Made by a program: the position numbers and the translations under genes. Positions 48,783 to 58,221 of a stretch of DNA of 64,000 nt are shown piece by piece; within the stretch, counting starts at the first letter, position 1, and each line of letters opens with the position of its first letter. The stretch is from the NCBI GenBank assembly GCA_964633125.1, contig CAZWDN010000001.1:2827-66826 (forward strand). Reading direction: 5' to 3'. The notes under the pieces were generated by a model, which did not search any database, was not told where the DNA came from, and saw nothing but the letters and a program-made list of their open reading frames with translations. The DNA comes from an uncultured Pirellula sp. (GTDB lineage: Bacteria; Planctomycetota; Planctomycetia; Pirellulales; PNKZ01).

Positions 48783-49873
48783 GTGATTCCTTGGAGAGTG
48801 GAAGCCGGGGAGCGTCCCACGGCGACGTGGCGCATCAGCAAGCTGGGAATGGTCGACAGCGGAACGACCTCGGCGGCCAAACCGGCCTCAGCGACGGCCC
48901 GCGGCATTCCCCACACGACCGACGTGCTCGCGTCCTGGGCAATGACCTTGCCGCCGGCTTGCACGACATGCTGCGCGCCGCGCAGGCCGTCTTGCCCCAT
49001 GCCGGTGAGCACGACGGCCAAGCAGCCGGTGCCGTAGACCTCGGCGGCCGAACGAAACAGAACGTCGACGGCCGGACGGCACGAGTTTTCCGGCGGACCT
49101 TGCTGCACGCCGGTTTTGATCGCAAGTCCTTGGCGACGAATCTCCAGGTGAAAATTGCCGGGGGCGATCAGCACCCGGCCGGGCTGCAACGTTTCGTCGC
49201 CGGCCGCTTCGCACACCGCGAGCGCACACTCCTGATTGAGCCGCACGGCTAAGTGATGCGTAAACACCGGCGGCATATGCTGCACGACGACGATCGGCGT
49301 CGGAAACGAGGCCGGCAACTTCGTCAGCACGGCCGCCAGCGCTTGCGGACCGCCGGTCGACGACCCGATGACGACCACGTCGCAACGTTGAGGAAATCGC
49401 GCGACGGCGCGCGGCGGATTCGCCGGCGACGCGGTGACGGGCACACGCGTCGCCGGCGGGGGAGCCGTCGGACAGAGCGCTTTGATCTTCGGGATCAACT
49501 GGTCGCGGACGCTCTGGATCGCCGCCGCCACGCTGCCGACGTTCGCCGGCTTCGTGACGTAATCGGTCGCCCCGCGAGCCAAGGCGTCGAGCGTCGAGAG
49601 CGCGCCCCGTTCGGTGAGCGTGCTGAACATGATGACCGGTAGCTTCGGATAGATCTTGCGCAGCTCGGGGAGCGTGCCGAGTCCGTCGAGCTCGGGCATC
49701 TCGATATCGAGCGTTACGATGTCGGGATTGAGTTGCGGCAACTTGGCGAGCGCAATGCGTCCGTTCGGAGCCGTGCCCGCCAGCTCGATATCGGGATCGG
49801 CGCCGAGAACGTCGGTCAGTAGGCGTCGGATGACGACGGAATCGTCGACGACGAGGACGCGGATCTTGCGCAT
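48779..49873 (-). CDS. cheB: Protein-glutamate methylesterase/deamidase CheB (REC + methylesterase)
   Basis: 364 aa. The REC domain has VLVVDDS and VTLDIEMPELDG. The catalytic triad context is VIGSSTGGPQAL, VVQHMPP and LTGMGQDG. Confidence 0.9.
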   Translation of the reverse strand: MRKIRVLVVDDSVVIRRLLTDVLGADPDIELAGTAPNGRIALAKLPQLNPDIVTLDIEMPELDGLGTLPELRKIYPKLPVIMFSTLTERGALSTLDALARGATDYVTKPANVGSVAAAIQSVRDQLIPKIKALCPTAPPPATRVPVTASPANPPRAVARFPQRCDVVVIGSSTGGPQALAAVLTKLPASFPTPIVVVQHMPPVFTHHLAVRLNQECALAVCEAAGDETLQPGRVLIAPGNFHLEIRRQGLAIKTGVQQGPPENSCRPAVDVLFRSAAEVYGTGCLAVVLTGMGQDGLRGAQHVVQAGGKVIAQDASTSVVWGMPRAVAEAGLAAEVVPLSTIPSLLMRHVAVGRSPASTLQGIT

Positions 49874-49874
49874 G

Positions 49875-50243
49875 CTAGTTCACCACTCCGACCAAGCGCA
49901 GTTTGTCGACGAGACCTTCCTTCTGAAAAGGCTTCATCAAGTACTCGTCGGCGCCGGCGCTCAACGCGCGGAGCATCTGGTCCGTCTCGGTCTCCGTGGT
50001 GACCATCAGAACGACCATCTCCGAATAGCGGTCGTCGCCGCGCACCGAACGAATGAACTCCAACCCGTCCATCTCCGGCATGTTCCAATCGACCAGGACG
50101 ACGTCGGGCACGGGCGAGGCTTGCAGCATTTCCCAGGCCTGCTTGCCGTTCGCCGCGTCGGCCGTGTCGAAGCCGAGTTCGTTGAGAATGTCCGACTCGA
50201 TGCGACGAATCGGCCGCGAGTCGTCGATGATGAGAGCTTGCAT
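49875..50243 (-). CDS. cheY: CheY-like single-domain response regulator
   Basis: Start MQALIIDDSRPIRR. Contains VVLVDWNMPEMDG, MVTTE and YLMKPF. There is a 1-nt gap to the cheB start. Confidence 0.85.
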   Translation of the reverse strand: MQALIIDDSRPIRRIESDILNELGFDTADAANGKQAWEMLQASPVPDVVLVDWNMPEMDGLEFIRSVRGDDRYSEMVVLMVTTETETDQMLRALSAGADEYLMKPFQKEGLVDKLRLVGVVN

Positions 50244-50376
50244 GGTTCGTTTCCTAAGAGCGGTAAAGAGGAACTTCCTTCGGCTCCGTCGATGTGCGGC
50301 ACTGTGACGAGCGAAGCACCGCGACGGACCGAACCCCATCCGCAGGCCCGGCCCGTCGCGGCGTGTACGACTTCGC

Positions 50377-52038
50377 TTACCGAGCGGCCGGCTTGGCGTC
50401 GGCGTCTTGCCCGGCGCCGAGTCGTTGCAGCTCCGCGGCCATGCGGGCCAGTTCGCCGGCGGCTTGTTGCGAGTTGGTCGCGCCTTGGGTCGTATTCTGG
50501 GCCGCTTGAGCGACCGCCGTGATGTTCTGCGCGATCTCCGCAGTTCCCTTCGCGGCTTCGCTGACGTTGCGGCTCATCTCGTTGGCCGTGGCCGTTTGTT
50601 CTTCGACGGCGCTGGCGATCGTGGTCGAGATATCGTTGATCTGGGCGATCACCTTGCCGATCTGTTGGATCGAGTCGACGGCGCCGCGCGTGTCGGCTTG
50701 GATCGCTTCGATCTTGTGGCCGATATCTTCCGTGGCCTTGGCGGTCTCCTTCGCCAGTTCCTTCACCTCGTTGGCGACGACGGCGAAACCCTTGCCCGCT
50801 TCGCCGGCTCGCGCCGCTTCAATCGTGGCGTTGAGGGCCAGGAGGTTGGTTTGCTCGGCGATCGACGTGATGACCTTGATCACCTTGCCGATCTCCAAGC
50901 TGCTTTCACCCAGTTTGGAGATCGTCTTGTTGGCGACGTCGGCCGCCGTGACGGCCTGACCCGCGACGCGAGCGGATTCGGTCGCGTTTTTGGCGATCTC
51001 GCGAATGCTGCTGTTCATCTCTTCGACGCCGGTGCTCACGGTCTGAACGTTCTTGCTGACTTGCTCGCTGGCGGCCGACACGACGTTGGCTTGCGCCGAG
51101 GTCTCTTCGGCGTTCGCCGCCATTTGCGTGCTGACGGCCGTCAGTTCTTCGGCCGAGGAGCCGAGCGTCGTGGCGCTGGCGTTCACCTGATCGAGAATGC
51201 GCGCCATCTCGGCGGCCTTCTGCTTTTCGTTCTCGGCGTTGTCTTTGATTTCTTGCTCGATCTTGAGCTTTTGGGTGATGACTTCCCAGGTGACCATCGC
51301 ACCGAGGTAGTTCTTCTTGTCGTCGTAGATCGGGCTCACCAACAGGTCGAGCGTTTCCGGTCCGACCTGGATGTTCGTGCGATGCGGCAAGTTGGTCGGA
51401 TCGCCGATGAGCTTCCGTTGATGCTCCGGGCGCTTGTGGAAGATGTCGATCGATTGGCCGATCAGTTGATCGGCCTTGATCGGCAGCAGATGCTCGAGCG
51501 ATTTGAGCGTCTTCACCGAAGCCGGATTGGCGTAGCGGATCTTAAACTCGCGATCGGCGAACATCACGTTGATCGGCGCTTGTTCCATCATCGACTGCAC
51601 GCGGGCCGCTTCCGTCCGTGCAAACGCCATCTCGGTGACGTCGGAGGCGAACTTCACGACCTTCACGAGCTTGCCGGACTTGTCGGCGATGGGATTGTAC
51701 GAAGCCTGAATGACGACGAGCTTGCCCCCCTTGCCGACGCGGCGGTATTCGCCGGGAAGGTTTTCGCCGCGATTGAGGCGGGCCCAGAAGTCGCGGTATT
51801 CGCCGGAGTTGCGATACGCATCCTCTACGAACATGCCGTGGTGTCGCCCGCGGATTTCGTCGAGAGAATAGCCGACCGCATTCAGAAAATTCTCGTTCGC
51901 GGCGACGATCGTTCCGTCCATCGTGAATTCGATCACCGCTTGCGCTTTGCCGATGGCGGCCAACAGCGCCGCGTTCTCGTGATGTTGCTTGTCGGCGGGG
52001 GCGGCATTCTTCATCGTCTTCGTAAGAGTCGCGGCCAT
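50377..52038 (-). CDS. Soluble methyl-accepting chemotaxis protein with N-terminal PAS domains
   Basis: 553 aa with no hydrophobic segment. PAS region [38 protein letters not shown] and a second PAS-like region. The MA domain has the hairpin [35 protein letters not shown]. Confidence 0.85.
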   Translation of the reverse strand: MAATLTKTMKNAAPADKQHHENAALLAAIGKAQAVIEFTMDGTIVAANENFLNAVGYSLDEIRGRHHGMFVEDAYRNSGEYRDFWARLNRGENLPGEYRRVGKGGKLVVIQASYNPIADKSGKLVKVVKFASDVTEMAFARTEAARVQSMMEQAPINVMFADREFKIRYANPASVKTLKSLEHLLPIKADQLIGQSIDIFHKRPEHQRKLIGDPTNLPHRTNIQVGPETLDLLVSPIYDDKKNYLGAMVTWEVITQKLKIEQEIKDNAENEKQKAAEMARILDQVNASATTLGSSAEELTAVSTQMAANAEETSAQANVVSAASEQVSKNVQTVSTGVEEMNSSIREIAKNATESARVAGQAVTAADVANKTISKLGESSLEIGKVIKVITSIAEQTNLLALNATIEAARAGEAGKGFAVVANEVKELAKETAKATEDIGHKIEAIQADTRGAVDSIQQIGKVIAQINDISTTIASAVEEQTATANEMSRNVSEAAKGTAEIAQNITAVAQAAQNTTQGATNSQQAAGELARMAAELQRLGAGQDADAKPAAR

Positions 52039-52124
52039 GAGAAAGTCTCCGGATAGAATTTGAGTTTCGGTGAAAATGAATCAGAGATGAACAAGGAATG
52101 AGTTGGGTACGGACGCTTTGCGAA

Positions 52125-52592
52125 TCAACCGACAAGCCGCCCTTCGGCCGGATTACGACTTTCGTTTTCCGATAACACTCGGTCCGTATCGAGAACGAGC
52201 AGCAATCGTTCGGGAAGCTTATAGGCGCCGACGATCAGCTCTCGAATCGGCGCTCGGACCGTCGAGGGCGGAGTCTCGAACAAGTCCTCGCCTACTTCCA
52301 AAACGTCGCCGATGCGATCGACCAGCAAACTAACGGCGTTTTCCCCGTCGCGGACGACGACGTTCATGGGCGGGCCCTCCGCCGTTGAGACGGGCAGACC
52401 GAGGCGACATCGCAAGTCGATCGCCGTCACGATTTGGCCGCGCAAATTGATCAGCCCTCGGATCGACGAAGCGGCCAGAGGTACGCGCGTCATGCTTTGG
52501 TAACGGATCACTTCTTGAATCTGCTGAACGTCGATGCCGAGGAACATGTCGTCGACGTAGAACGTGCAGAATTGCTGCGTGCGTTGAGTCAT
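52125..52592 (-). CDS. cheW: Chemotaxis coupling protein CheW
   Basis: Start MTQRTQQFCTFYVDDMFLGIDV (155 aa), and its ATG overlaps the cheA stop (ATGA). CheW pattern: GLINLRGQIVTAIDLR..VVVRDG..LLVDRIGDV. The upstream part of the 582-aa track ORF is an Arg-rich shadow of cheA. Confidence 0.85.
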   Translation of the reverse strand: MTQRTQQFCTFYVDDMFLGIDVQQIQEVIRYQSMTRVPLAASSIRGLINLRGQIVTAIDLRCRLGLPVSTAEGPPMNVVVRDGENAVSLLVDRIGDVLEVGEDLFETPPSTVRAPIRELIVGAYKLPERLLLVLDTDRVLSENESRNPAEGRLVG

Positions 52593-55378
52593 GAGAAGCT
52601 CTTGTTGGTAATAAATTTCTGTTGGATCGGACGACGCGCCAGTCGATGAAGATTGAGCACGTCGGTCACGCGCTGCTGGATAACCGCCGTTCCGAGCAAG
52701 TCGTTCTCGGGATTCCGCGACGAGAATTGCAATTCGGTCTCCACGATGTCGACGATGCGGTTCACGACCAATCCGTATCGACGATCCCCTTCGGCATAGA
52801 CGACGATCTGGAGTTCGGTTTGCGAGACCTCGACTTGCGACGGAGCCCCGAAGGCATCGCCCAGTCGCACGAGCGGCATGATGGCGCCGCGGTACTGGAT
52901 GACTTCGCGTCCGTCGGCGTACTCGATGTCCGAGCAAGCAATCTTCTCCAAGCGCGAGATCATCGACGTGGGGAGGGCGAAGCGTCGGCTGTCGCCCAAG
53001 TCGACGACCAGCAACGTTTCGATGCGGCGGTCCGAGTTCGCGTCGGCCTTGGCGGCGACGACGGCGGGAGCATCGCGCATTTCGGCGGCCAAGCCCGCGG
53101 CGAGCGCCAGGCCCATCACGTCGAGAATTAGTGCCACGGTGCCGTCTCCCATGATCGTAGCCCCGGCAAGTTCCGAAAGACCTTTGAGTTGTCGGCTCAG
53201 GGGCTTCACGACGATTTCTTCCGTGTCGTTGACCTTGTCGACGATGAGGCCGAACTTGCGATCGTTGGCGCGCAAGACCACGATATTGACGACGCCTTCT
53301 TTGACGGCAGCGGCGCGCGTTTCCGGGCGCCGGTCGATCCCCAGCCGCTCGGAGAGATAGACCAAGGGGAGCAGCTTTCCTCGCAGTCGATAGACGGGCG
53401 AACCGTGGACGTACTCGATGTTTTGCTTCGCTTCGTCGCCGTCGAGGCGGACAAGTTCCAGCAGGCTCACTTGCGGAATGGCGTACCGGTCGCCGTCGTT
53501 CGTTACGACCAATGCGGGGATGATGGCGAGCGTCAGCGGAATCTTGATCTTGATCGTCGTTCCGTGACCGGGCCGACTCTGCACGTCGATCGTGCCGCTG
53601 ATCCGCTCGATGTTGGTTTTCACGACGTCCATGCCGACGCCGCGCCCCGACACGCTCGTCACCTTTTCCGCCGTGGAGAAGCCGGGCGCGAAAATCAGCT
53701 GCGCAGCGTCGCGCTCCGACATACGGGCCGCCTGATCCGCCGACACCAAGCCGCGCTCGATCGCTTTGCGACGAATCCGCTCCAGGTTCAAGCCGGCGCC
53801 GTCGTCGATGATCTCGATATTGACCTGGCCCCCTTCGTGGTAGGCCCGGAGAAGCAGTTGCCCTTCCGCACATTTTCCGGCCGCAACGCGAACTTCCGGC
53901 GATTCGATCCCGTGATCGATCGAGTTGCGAACCAAGTGGGTGAGCGGGTCTTTAATGGCTTCGACGATCGTCTTGTCGAGCTCGGTTTCCTTCCCTTCCA
54001 TTTCGATGCGAACTTGTTTGCCGAGTTGCGACGATAAGTCGCGCACCACGCGAGGGAACTTAGCCCACACGTTGCCGATGGGCTGCATGCGCGTCTTCAT
54101 CACGCTTTCTTGCAGTTCCGTCGTAATCAGATTCAATCGTTGAGCGGTGCTGATGAAGCCGGCGTCTTCGAGACGACTCGTGAATTGCACGATCTGATTT
54201 CGCGCCAGCACGAGTTCGCCGACGCGCGTCATGAGCTTGTCGAGCAAGGCGACGTCGACGCGGATATTCCCCTCGGATACGGGACACCCGCGACCGTCGG
54301 CCGGCGATTTCTGCGGCGCGGCTTCTTCGAACTTCGCGACATGGCCCGACGGGGCGGCGTCCGACGGGGGCGCGTCCGTGGCTACCGTCGCTTCCGCAAC
54401 CGTCGCCGGCGCCGGACATTCGGCGACAGCGCTTTCCGGCGCCGCGGGCGGCTCCCGGCCGTCGGCGGCGAGCAACACCCGGATGAGCGGTTCGGAATCG
54501 AACCCCGCTTCTCCGCCGCTCGATTCGAGCAGTTTCATCGCCTCACGACATTGATCCACCGTCGCAAGGAGCGCTTCGATAATGGCCGGCGTCAGCGAGC
54601 TGCGACCGTCTCGCAGTTTCACCAAAATCGTTTCCGCGGCATGCGCGAGCTTTTCCAATTGCACGAGGCCCAGAAATCCGGCGCCCCCCTTGATCGTGTG
54701 CATCGTGCGAAAGATGCTGCGAACCAGCTTGTCGGGGGCCGCTCCTTGCTCCAGGGCGAGCAGGTCTTGATCCATTTGCTCGAGGTTCTCGCAACACTCG
54801 ACCACGAACTCGAGAGCCGCCGCGCTGGGCGGAGTCGCCTGGGATGAGTTCGAAACGTGATCCGGCCGACTGGGTTGCGTCGCAATCAGCGCGGCCGTCG
54901 CTTCACGGTGCGTTTGGATTGCGACGTTTAAGTCGATGCCGTGATCCTTCGCCGATTCACCGGCGTTGCGGAGCCGACACAGTTTCTCCACGTGCGCGGA
55001 AATATCCGCTTCGTTCGAAGCGTCGACGGCGTCGATGAGCCCTTTCATGTAGTCCGCGGCCTGGAGCACGGTCGTCACGAGCTCGGAACTCGTCACGATC
55101 GCCCGGTTGCGCATATCGTCGAGCACTTCTTCCAAGCCGTGCGCCAACGAACCGATGCGATCGAGACCCAGGAACCCCGCGGTCCCTTTGATGGTGTGCA
55201 TCGTGCGGAATACGGCGTTGACCAACTCGAGATCGACGTCGGCTCCGCCGCTTTCGATGGCCAGCATCTGTTGTTCGATATTCGCCAAGCCTTCCTGCGA
55301 TTCCACGACAAACTCGGCGATCAGACCGTCGTCGGCAATTTCCATGGTTTGAGCCTTCAGCAATGGGGCGGCGTGCAT
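52589..55378 (-). CDS. cheA: Chemotaxis histidine kinase CheA with two HPt (P1) domains and two CheW-like (P5) domains
   Basis: 929 aa. Two phospho-His motifs (FRTMHTIKGTAGFLG and FRTMHTIKGGAGFLG). Kinase boxes are HLVRNSIDHG, IIDDGAGL, GFSTAE and GRGVGMDVV. Two CheW-like modules follow (..RYAIPQVSLLELV..FGLIVDKVNDTEEIV.. and ..RFALPTSMISRLE..YGLVVNRIVDIVE..). An alternative start lies at MEIADDG (55345). Confidence 0.9.
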   Translation of the reverse strand: MHAAPLLKAQTMEIADDGLIAEFVVESQEGLANIEQQMLAIESGGADVDLELVNAVFRTMHTIKGTAGFLGLDRIGSLAHGLEEVLDDMRNRAIVTSSELVTTVLQAADYMKGLIDAVDASNEADISAHVEKLCRLRNAGESAKDHGIDLNVAIQTHREATAALIATQPSRPDHVSNSSQATPPSAAALEFVVECCENLEQMDQDLLALEQGAAPDKLVRSIFRTMHTIKGGAGFLGLVQLEKLAHAAETILVKLRDGRSSLTPAIIEALLATVDQCREAMKLLESSGGEAGFDSEPLIRVLLAADGREPPAAPESAVAECPAPATVAEATVATDAPPSDAAPSGHVAKFEEAAPQKSPADGRGCPVSEGNIRVDVALLDKLMTRVGELVLARNQIVQFTSRLEDAGFISTAQRLNLITTELQESVMKTRMQPIGNVWAKFPRVVRDLSSQLGKQVRIEMEGKETELDKTIVEAIKDPLTHLVRNSIDHGIESPEVRVAAGKCAEGQLLLRAYHEGGQVNIEIIDDGAGLNLERIRRKAIERGLVSADQAARMSERDAAQLIFAPGFSTAEKVTSVSGRGVGMDVVKTNIERISGTIDVQSRPGHGTTIKIKIPLTLAIIPALVVTNDGDRYAIPQVSLLELVRLDGDEAKQNIEYVHGSPVYRLRGKLLPLVYLSERLGIDRRPETRAAAVKEGVVNIVVLRANDRKFGLIVDKVNDTEEIVVKPLSRQLKGLSELAGATIMGDGTVALILDVMGLALAAGLAAEMRDAPAVVAAKADANSDRRIETLLVVDLGDSRRFALPTSMISRLEKIACSDIEYADGREVIQYRGAIMPLVRLGDAFGAPSQVEVSQTELQIVVYAEGDRRYGLVVNRIVDIVETELQFSSRNPENDLLGTAVIQQRVTDVLNLHRLARRPIQQKFITNKSFS

Positions 55379-55405
55379 TAAGCGGGAATACCGCGGTATT
55401 TCGGA

Positions 55406-55840
55406 TTAAACGACCGTAGACGGACGGGAGGCGCGCAGGTGAAAACTTCGCTCCAGCGCGCGGTTTACCTGCGACAACAAGTCTCGCAGCGGAACGGGCT
55501 TGAGCAGGTATCCCCAAGCTCCGTACGTCAGCGCCTTAGTGGCGAAGCGCGGATCGTTGCAGCTCGTCAACACCAAGACCGGAAGTTCGGGAAGTTTCGC
55601 TTGGAGCTGCAACAGTAGATCGAAATCGCAATACCCGGGCATGCAGACGTCGGTAATCACGAGATCGAAGGAGCGGCGATCCAAGGCCGCCGCCGCGGCG
55701 TTTCTATCGAGAGCGCACTCGCATTGTCGGCCCGCGGCTCGCAGCCAACGAACGATCATCTCTTGCACGGGGCGTTCCTCCTCGACGAGCAGGATTCGTC
55801 CGTTGTCGTCAGGCTCGTAGCGTCGTTCGCCGAGGTTCAT
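55406..55840 (-). CDS. Single-domain response regulator receiver, first gene of the che operon
   Basis: 144 aa. It has an acidic pocket LLVEEE, the phospho-acceptor context DLVITDVCMPG, plus VLTS and LLKPV. Confidence 0.75.
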   Translation of the reverse strand: MNLGERRYEPDDNGRILLVEEERPVQEMIVRWLRAAGRQCECALDRNAAAAALDRRSFDLVITDVCMPGYCDFDLLLQLQAKLPELPVLVLTSCNDPRFATKALTYGAWGYLLKPVPLRDLLSQVNRALERSFHLRASRPSTVV

Positions 55841-56194
55841 CGACTTTCCGTTTCACACGAGGGCAGGGAGTTACAATCGCCGCCTGGTCGCTCCAGTTTG
55901 CCGAGCCGTTAAGGTCGGCTTGAATGTATTCCTCACGAGAGTGGTGAAGTCAAAGCGCGGCTCTTCCGAGGGGCGGCCACGTAGTTTCTTTAAGCCCGCC
56001 GCGAGTCTTGTCACGTTCTCGCAATCGAGTGATTGCCGCGGCGCGTAGCGACGAAGAGCAAGCTAGTAACGCTTGCGAGCGCAATCGAATGCGTGAGAGA
56101 GTCGACGCCGAGAGCGCTTCGATCATTCCGAGAAGCGCGATTCCAAGCGTCCAACGACGCGTACAACCGAGTTCGTGAAAGCCGAGTTCAAATC

Positions 56195-56470
56195 ATGTCA
56201 TCCAATCCGCGCCGGCCCGAAGCGAATGCAGTATCGCCGAAATCGGAAGACCTTCGCCGGCGAGAATGGCAACGCCGAATCGATGCGCTCGACGATTCCG
56301 AGCGGTTCGTGTTGCAAATGATGCTGATCGGCATGCGAAACCGCGAAATCAGCCTGCAACAGGGCGTTTCCGCCGGGGCCATTGCCGCGCGTCGCAGGCG
56401 GCTCATCAAGAAGCTCGGCGTGAACTGCGCCGTCGGCTCGCCGGGCATGGCGGCGAGCGCCGACGGTTGA
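56195..56470 (+). CDS. Small LuxR/GerE-type HTH protein
   Basis: Start MSSNPRRPE (91 aa). HTH region LDDSERFVLQMMLIGMRNREISLQQGVSAGAIAARRRRLIKKLGV. The longer track ORF start is not supported by its composition. Confidence 0.5.
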   Translation: MSSNPRRPEANAVSPKSEDLRRREWQRRIDALDDSERFVLQMMLIGMRNREISLQQGVSAGAIAARRRRLIKKLGVNCAVGSPGMAASADG

Positions 56471-56505
56471 TCGCGGCACCACCGCCGCCGCCGCGCGCGC
56501 CGCGC

Positions 56506-57228
56506 TTAAGAGGGGTCGTTCAACAGGAAGCTTTCGTAGACGTCGCGAATTCTGCCGTAGCATTCACAACAATTCTTCTTAAGACGAACCCGATCAACGA
56601 TGATGACCTTTCCGCGACTGAATTGGATGATTCCTTCGTCTTGGAGTTGACGCGCGACTTCGGCGACGCTCATGCGGCGCACCCCGAGACTTTCGGCCGC
56701 GGTCGCCTGCGTCAGAATGAACTCGGACGTCGCCAAGCGATCAACGCTCATCAACAACAAACGACAATACTGTGCGCGAACCGAGTGTAACCGCTTGCAG
56801 GCGGCGGCGAGAGACACCTGCGCCATGAACGCCGCGGCGAAGCGCAGCAGGACTTTGTAGAGCGGACCTCCCGAATTCACGTTGGCGAGAAACGCACTCG
56901 CGGTCATGCGCAACGACTGACCGGAATTCTGCACGACCCCCTCAAACGGAGTCGCGCGCAGACCCAACAGGACGCAGAGCGGCACCATGCCGTCGTTGCC
57001 GACGATGCCGGCGTTCACCTTACTTCCGTCCAACATGATCACTTGCTTCGTGACGATGCCGCTCAACGGGAAAAAGACGAATTCGGTTTTGCCGCGCTCA
57101 AACAAAAGTTGGCCGGGCTCGAGTGAAACGAGCTGCAAGTGAGGAGACAGACGCTTGAACTCGCTCGTCGACAACATAGCCAACAACTTGTTGTTGCTCC
57201 TGATGTCCGGCGAAATACTCCCCACCAA
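56506..57228 (-). CDS. Crp/Fnr family transcriptional regulator
   Basis: 240 aa. The cNMP-binding-like barrel has LEPGQLLFERGKTEFVFFPLSGIV. The C-terminal HTH is ESLGVRRMSVAEVARQLQDEGII. There is no N-terminal Fnr Cys cluster. Confidence 0.75.
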   Translation of the reverse strand: MVGSISPDIRSNNKLLAMLSTSEFKRLSPHLQLVSLEPGQLLFERGKTEFVFFPLSGIVTKQVIMLDGSKVNAGIVGNDGMVPLCVLLGLRATPFEGVVQNSGQSLRMTASAFLANVNSGGPLYKVLLRFAAAFMAQVSLAAACKRLHSVRAQYCRLLLMSVDRLATSEFILTQATAAESLGVRRMSVAEVARQLQDEGIIQFSRGKVIIVDRVRLKKNCCECYGRIRDVYESFLLNDPS

Positions 57229-57534
57229 CCGCCCCCCCTTAATGCATGGTCAAATTCGTTGCGCTTTACCGCAGAAAAACCTAGCGTCGCGCTATGTTCG
57301 CTACCGATCTTATAGCTTAGCGGGTTCCCGTCATGAAGCTACGGGAAGCCGCGCTGCCCCGCCGCGGCTGCGGCGCTGAAGTTTCGCGAAAGTCCTTTAA
57401 CGCTAGCTGTCGGATCGTCGTAAATCAATTGCAAGGAGCGTGCGGAAAGCCCCTTTTTCTCGCGAGACGTTGTTCAGATCGCAAAAGCGTCGACGAACCG
57501 GCGTTCGGTCCAATAGATACTTGAGAGTTCGAAT

Positions 57535-58191
57535 ATGGCGACGGAACTGGTTAAAAATCGGACAGACTGCGTCTACGTCGTCGACGACGACGCCGACGTC
57601 GGGCGCTCCATCGCCGTCACACTGAGTTCCGTCGGCTACGCCGTCGAGCGTTTTACGACTGCCGTGGAGTTTCTCGATCAAGCCTCGGCGTCCGGCCCCT
57701 GCGTCGCCATCGTCGACATGATGCTTCCCGGAATGACCGGTTTGAATCTCTGCCGCGAAATCAATCTGCGCCGGATGCCTTGCTCGTTCTTGGTCATTTC
57801 AGGGCATGCCGACGTCCCTTCGTCCGTCGAAGCCATGCGGATGGGCGCCATCGATCTGCTCGAAAAGCCCTTTAGCCGTCAACGCATGCTGGAGATGGTG
57901 AACAAGGCGGTGCGAGTCGCGCAGCTCAACTACGAGCGCCGGCTCGAAGAAGAGGAAGCGACGCGGCAACTCGAGGCGCTATCACCGCGCGAGCGCGTCG
58001 TGTTCGAGGCGCTTGCTTCCGGCCTCATCACCAAGGAAATCTCCAAACGGCTGGACATCAGTCCGCGCACCGTCGACGTGCATCGCTCGCGAATTCTGCA
58101 AAAGCTCGAAATCGACTCGCCGTCGCGCCTCGCCAAGTTTCTCGCGATTCATGAACGAAAGGCGTTTTTCTCTTTATCCGCCACGGCCTGA
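57535..58191 (+). CDS. FixJ/NarL-type response regulator (REC + LuxR HTH)
   Basis: 218 aa. Contains VYVVDDDADV, VAIVDMMLPGMTG and LEKPF. HTH region LSPRERVVFEALASGLITKEISKRLDISPRTVDVHRSRILQKL. Confidence 0.85.
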   Translation: MATELVKNRTDCVYVVDDDADVGRSIAVTLSSVGYAVERFTTAVEFLDQASASGPCVAIVDMMLPGMTGLNLCREINLRRMPCSFLVISGHADVPSSVEAMRMGAIDLLEKPFSRQRMLEMVNKAVRVAQLNYERRLEEEEATRQLEALSPRERVVFEALASGLITKEISKRLDISPRTVDVHRSRILQKLEIDSPSRLAKFLAIHERKAFFSLSATA

Positions 58192-58221
58192 CTTCCTCCC
58201 GCGACGACAACCTAGGGTGCC

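Noticed and set aside
52593-53873. N-terminal 427 aa of the 582-aa track ORF that ends as CheW.
   Set aside because: This upstream part is an Arg-rich shadow frame inside cheA. A clean CheW starts at the ATG at 52592, which overlaps the cheA stop.
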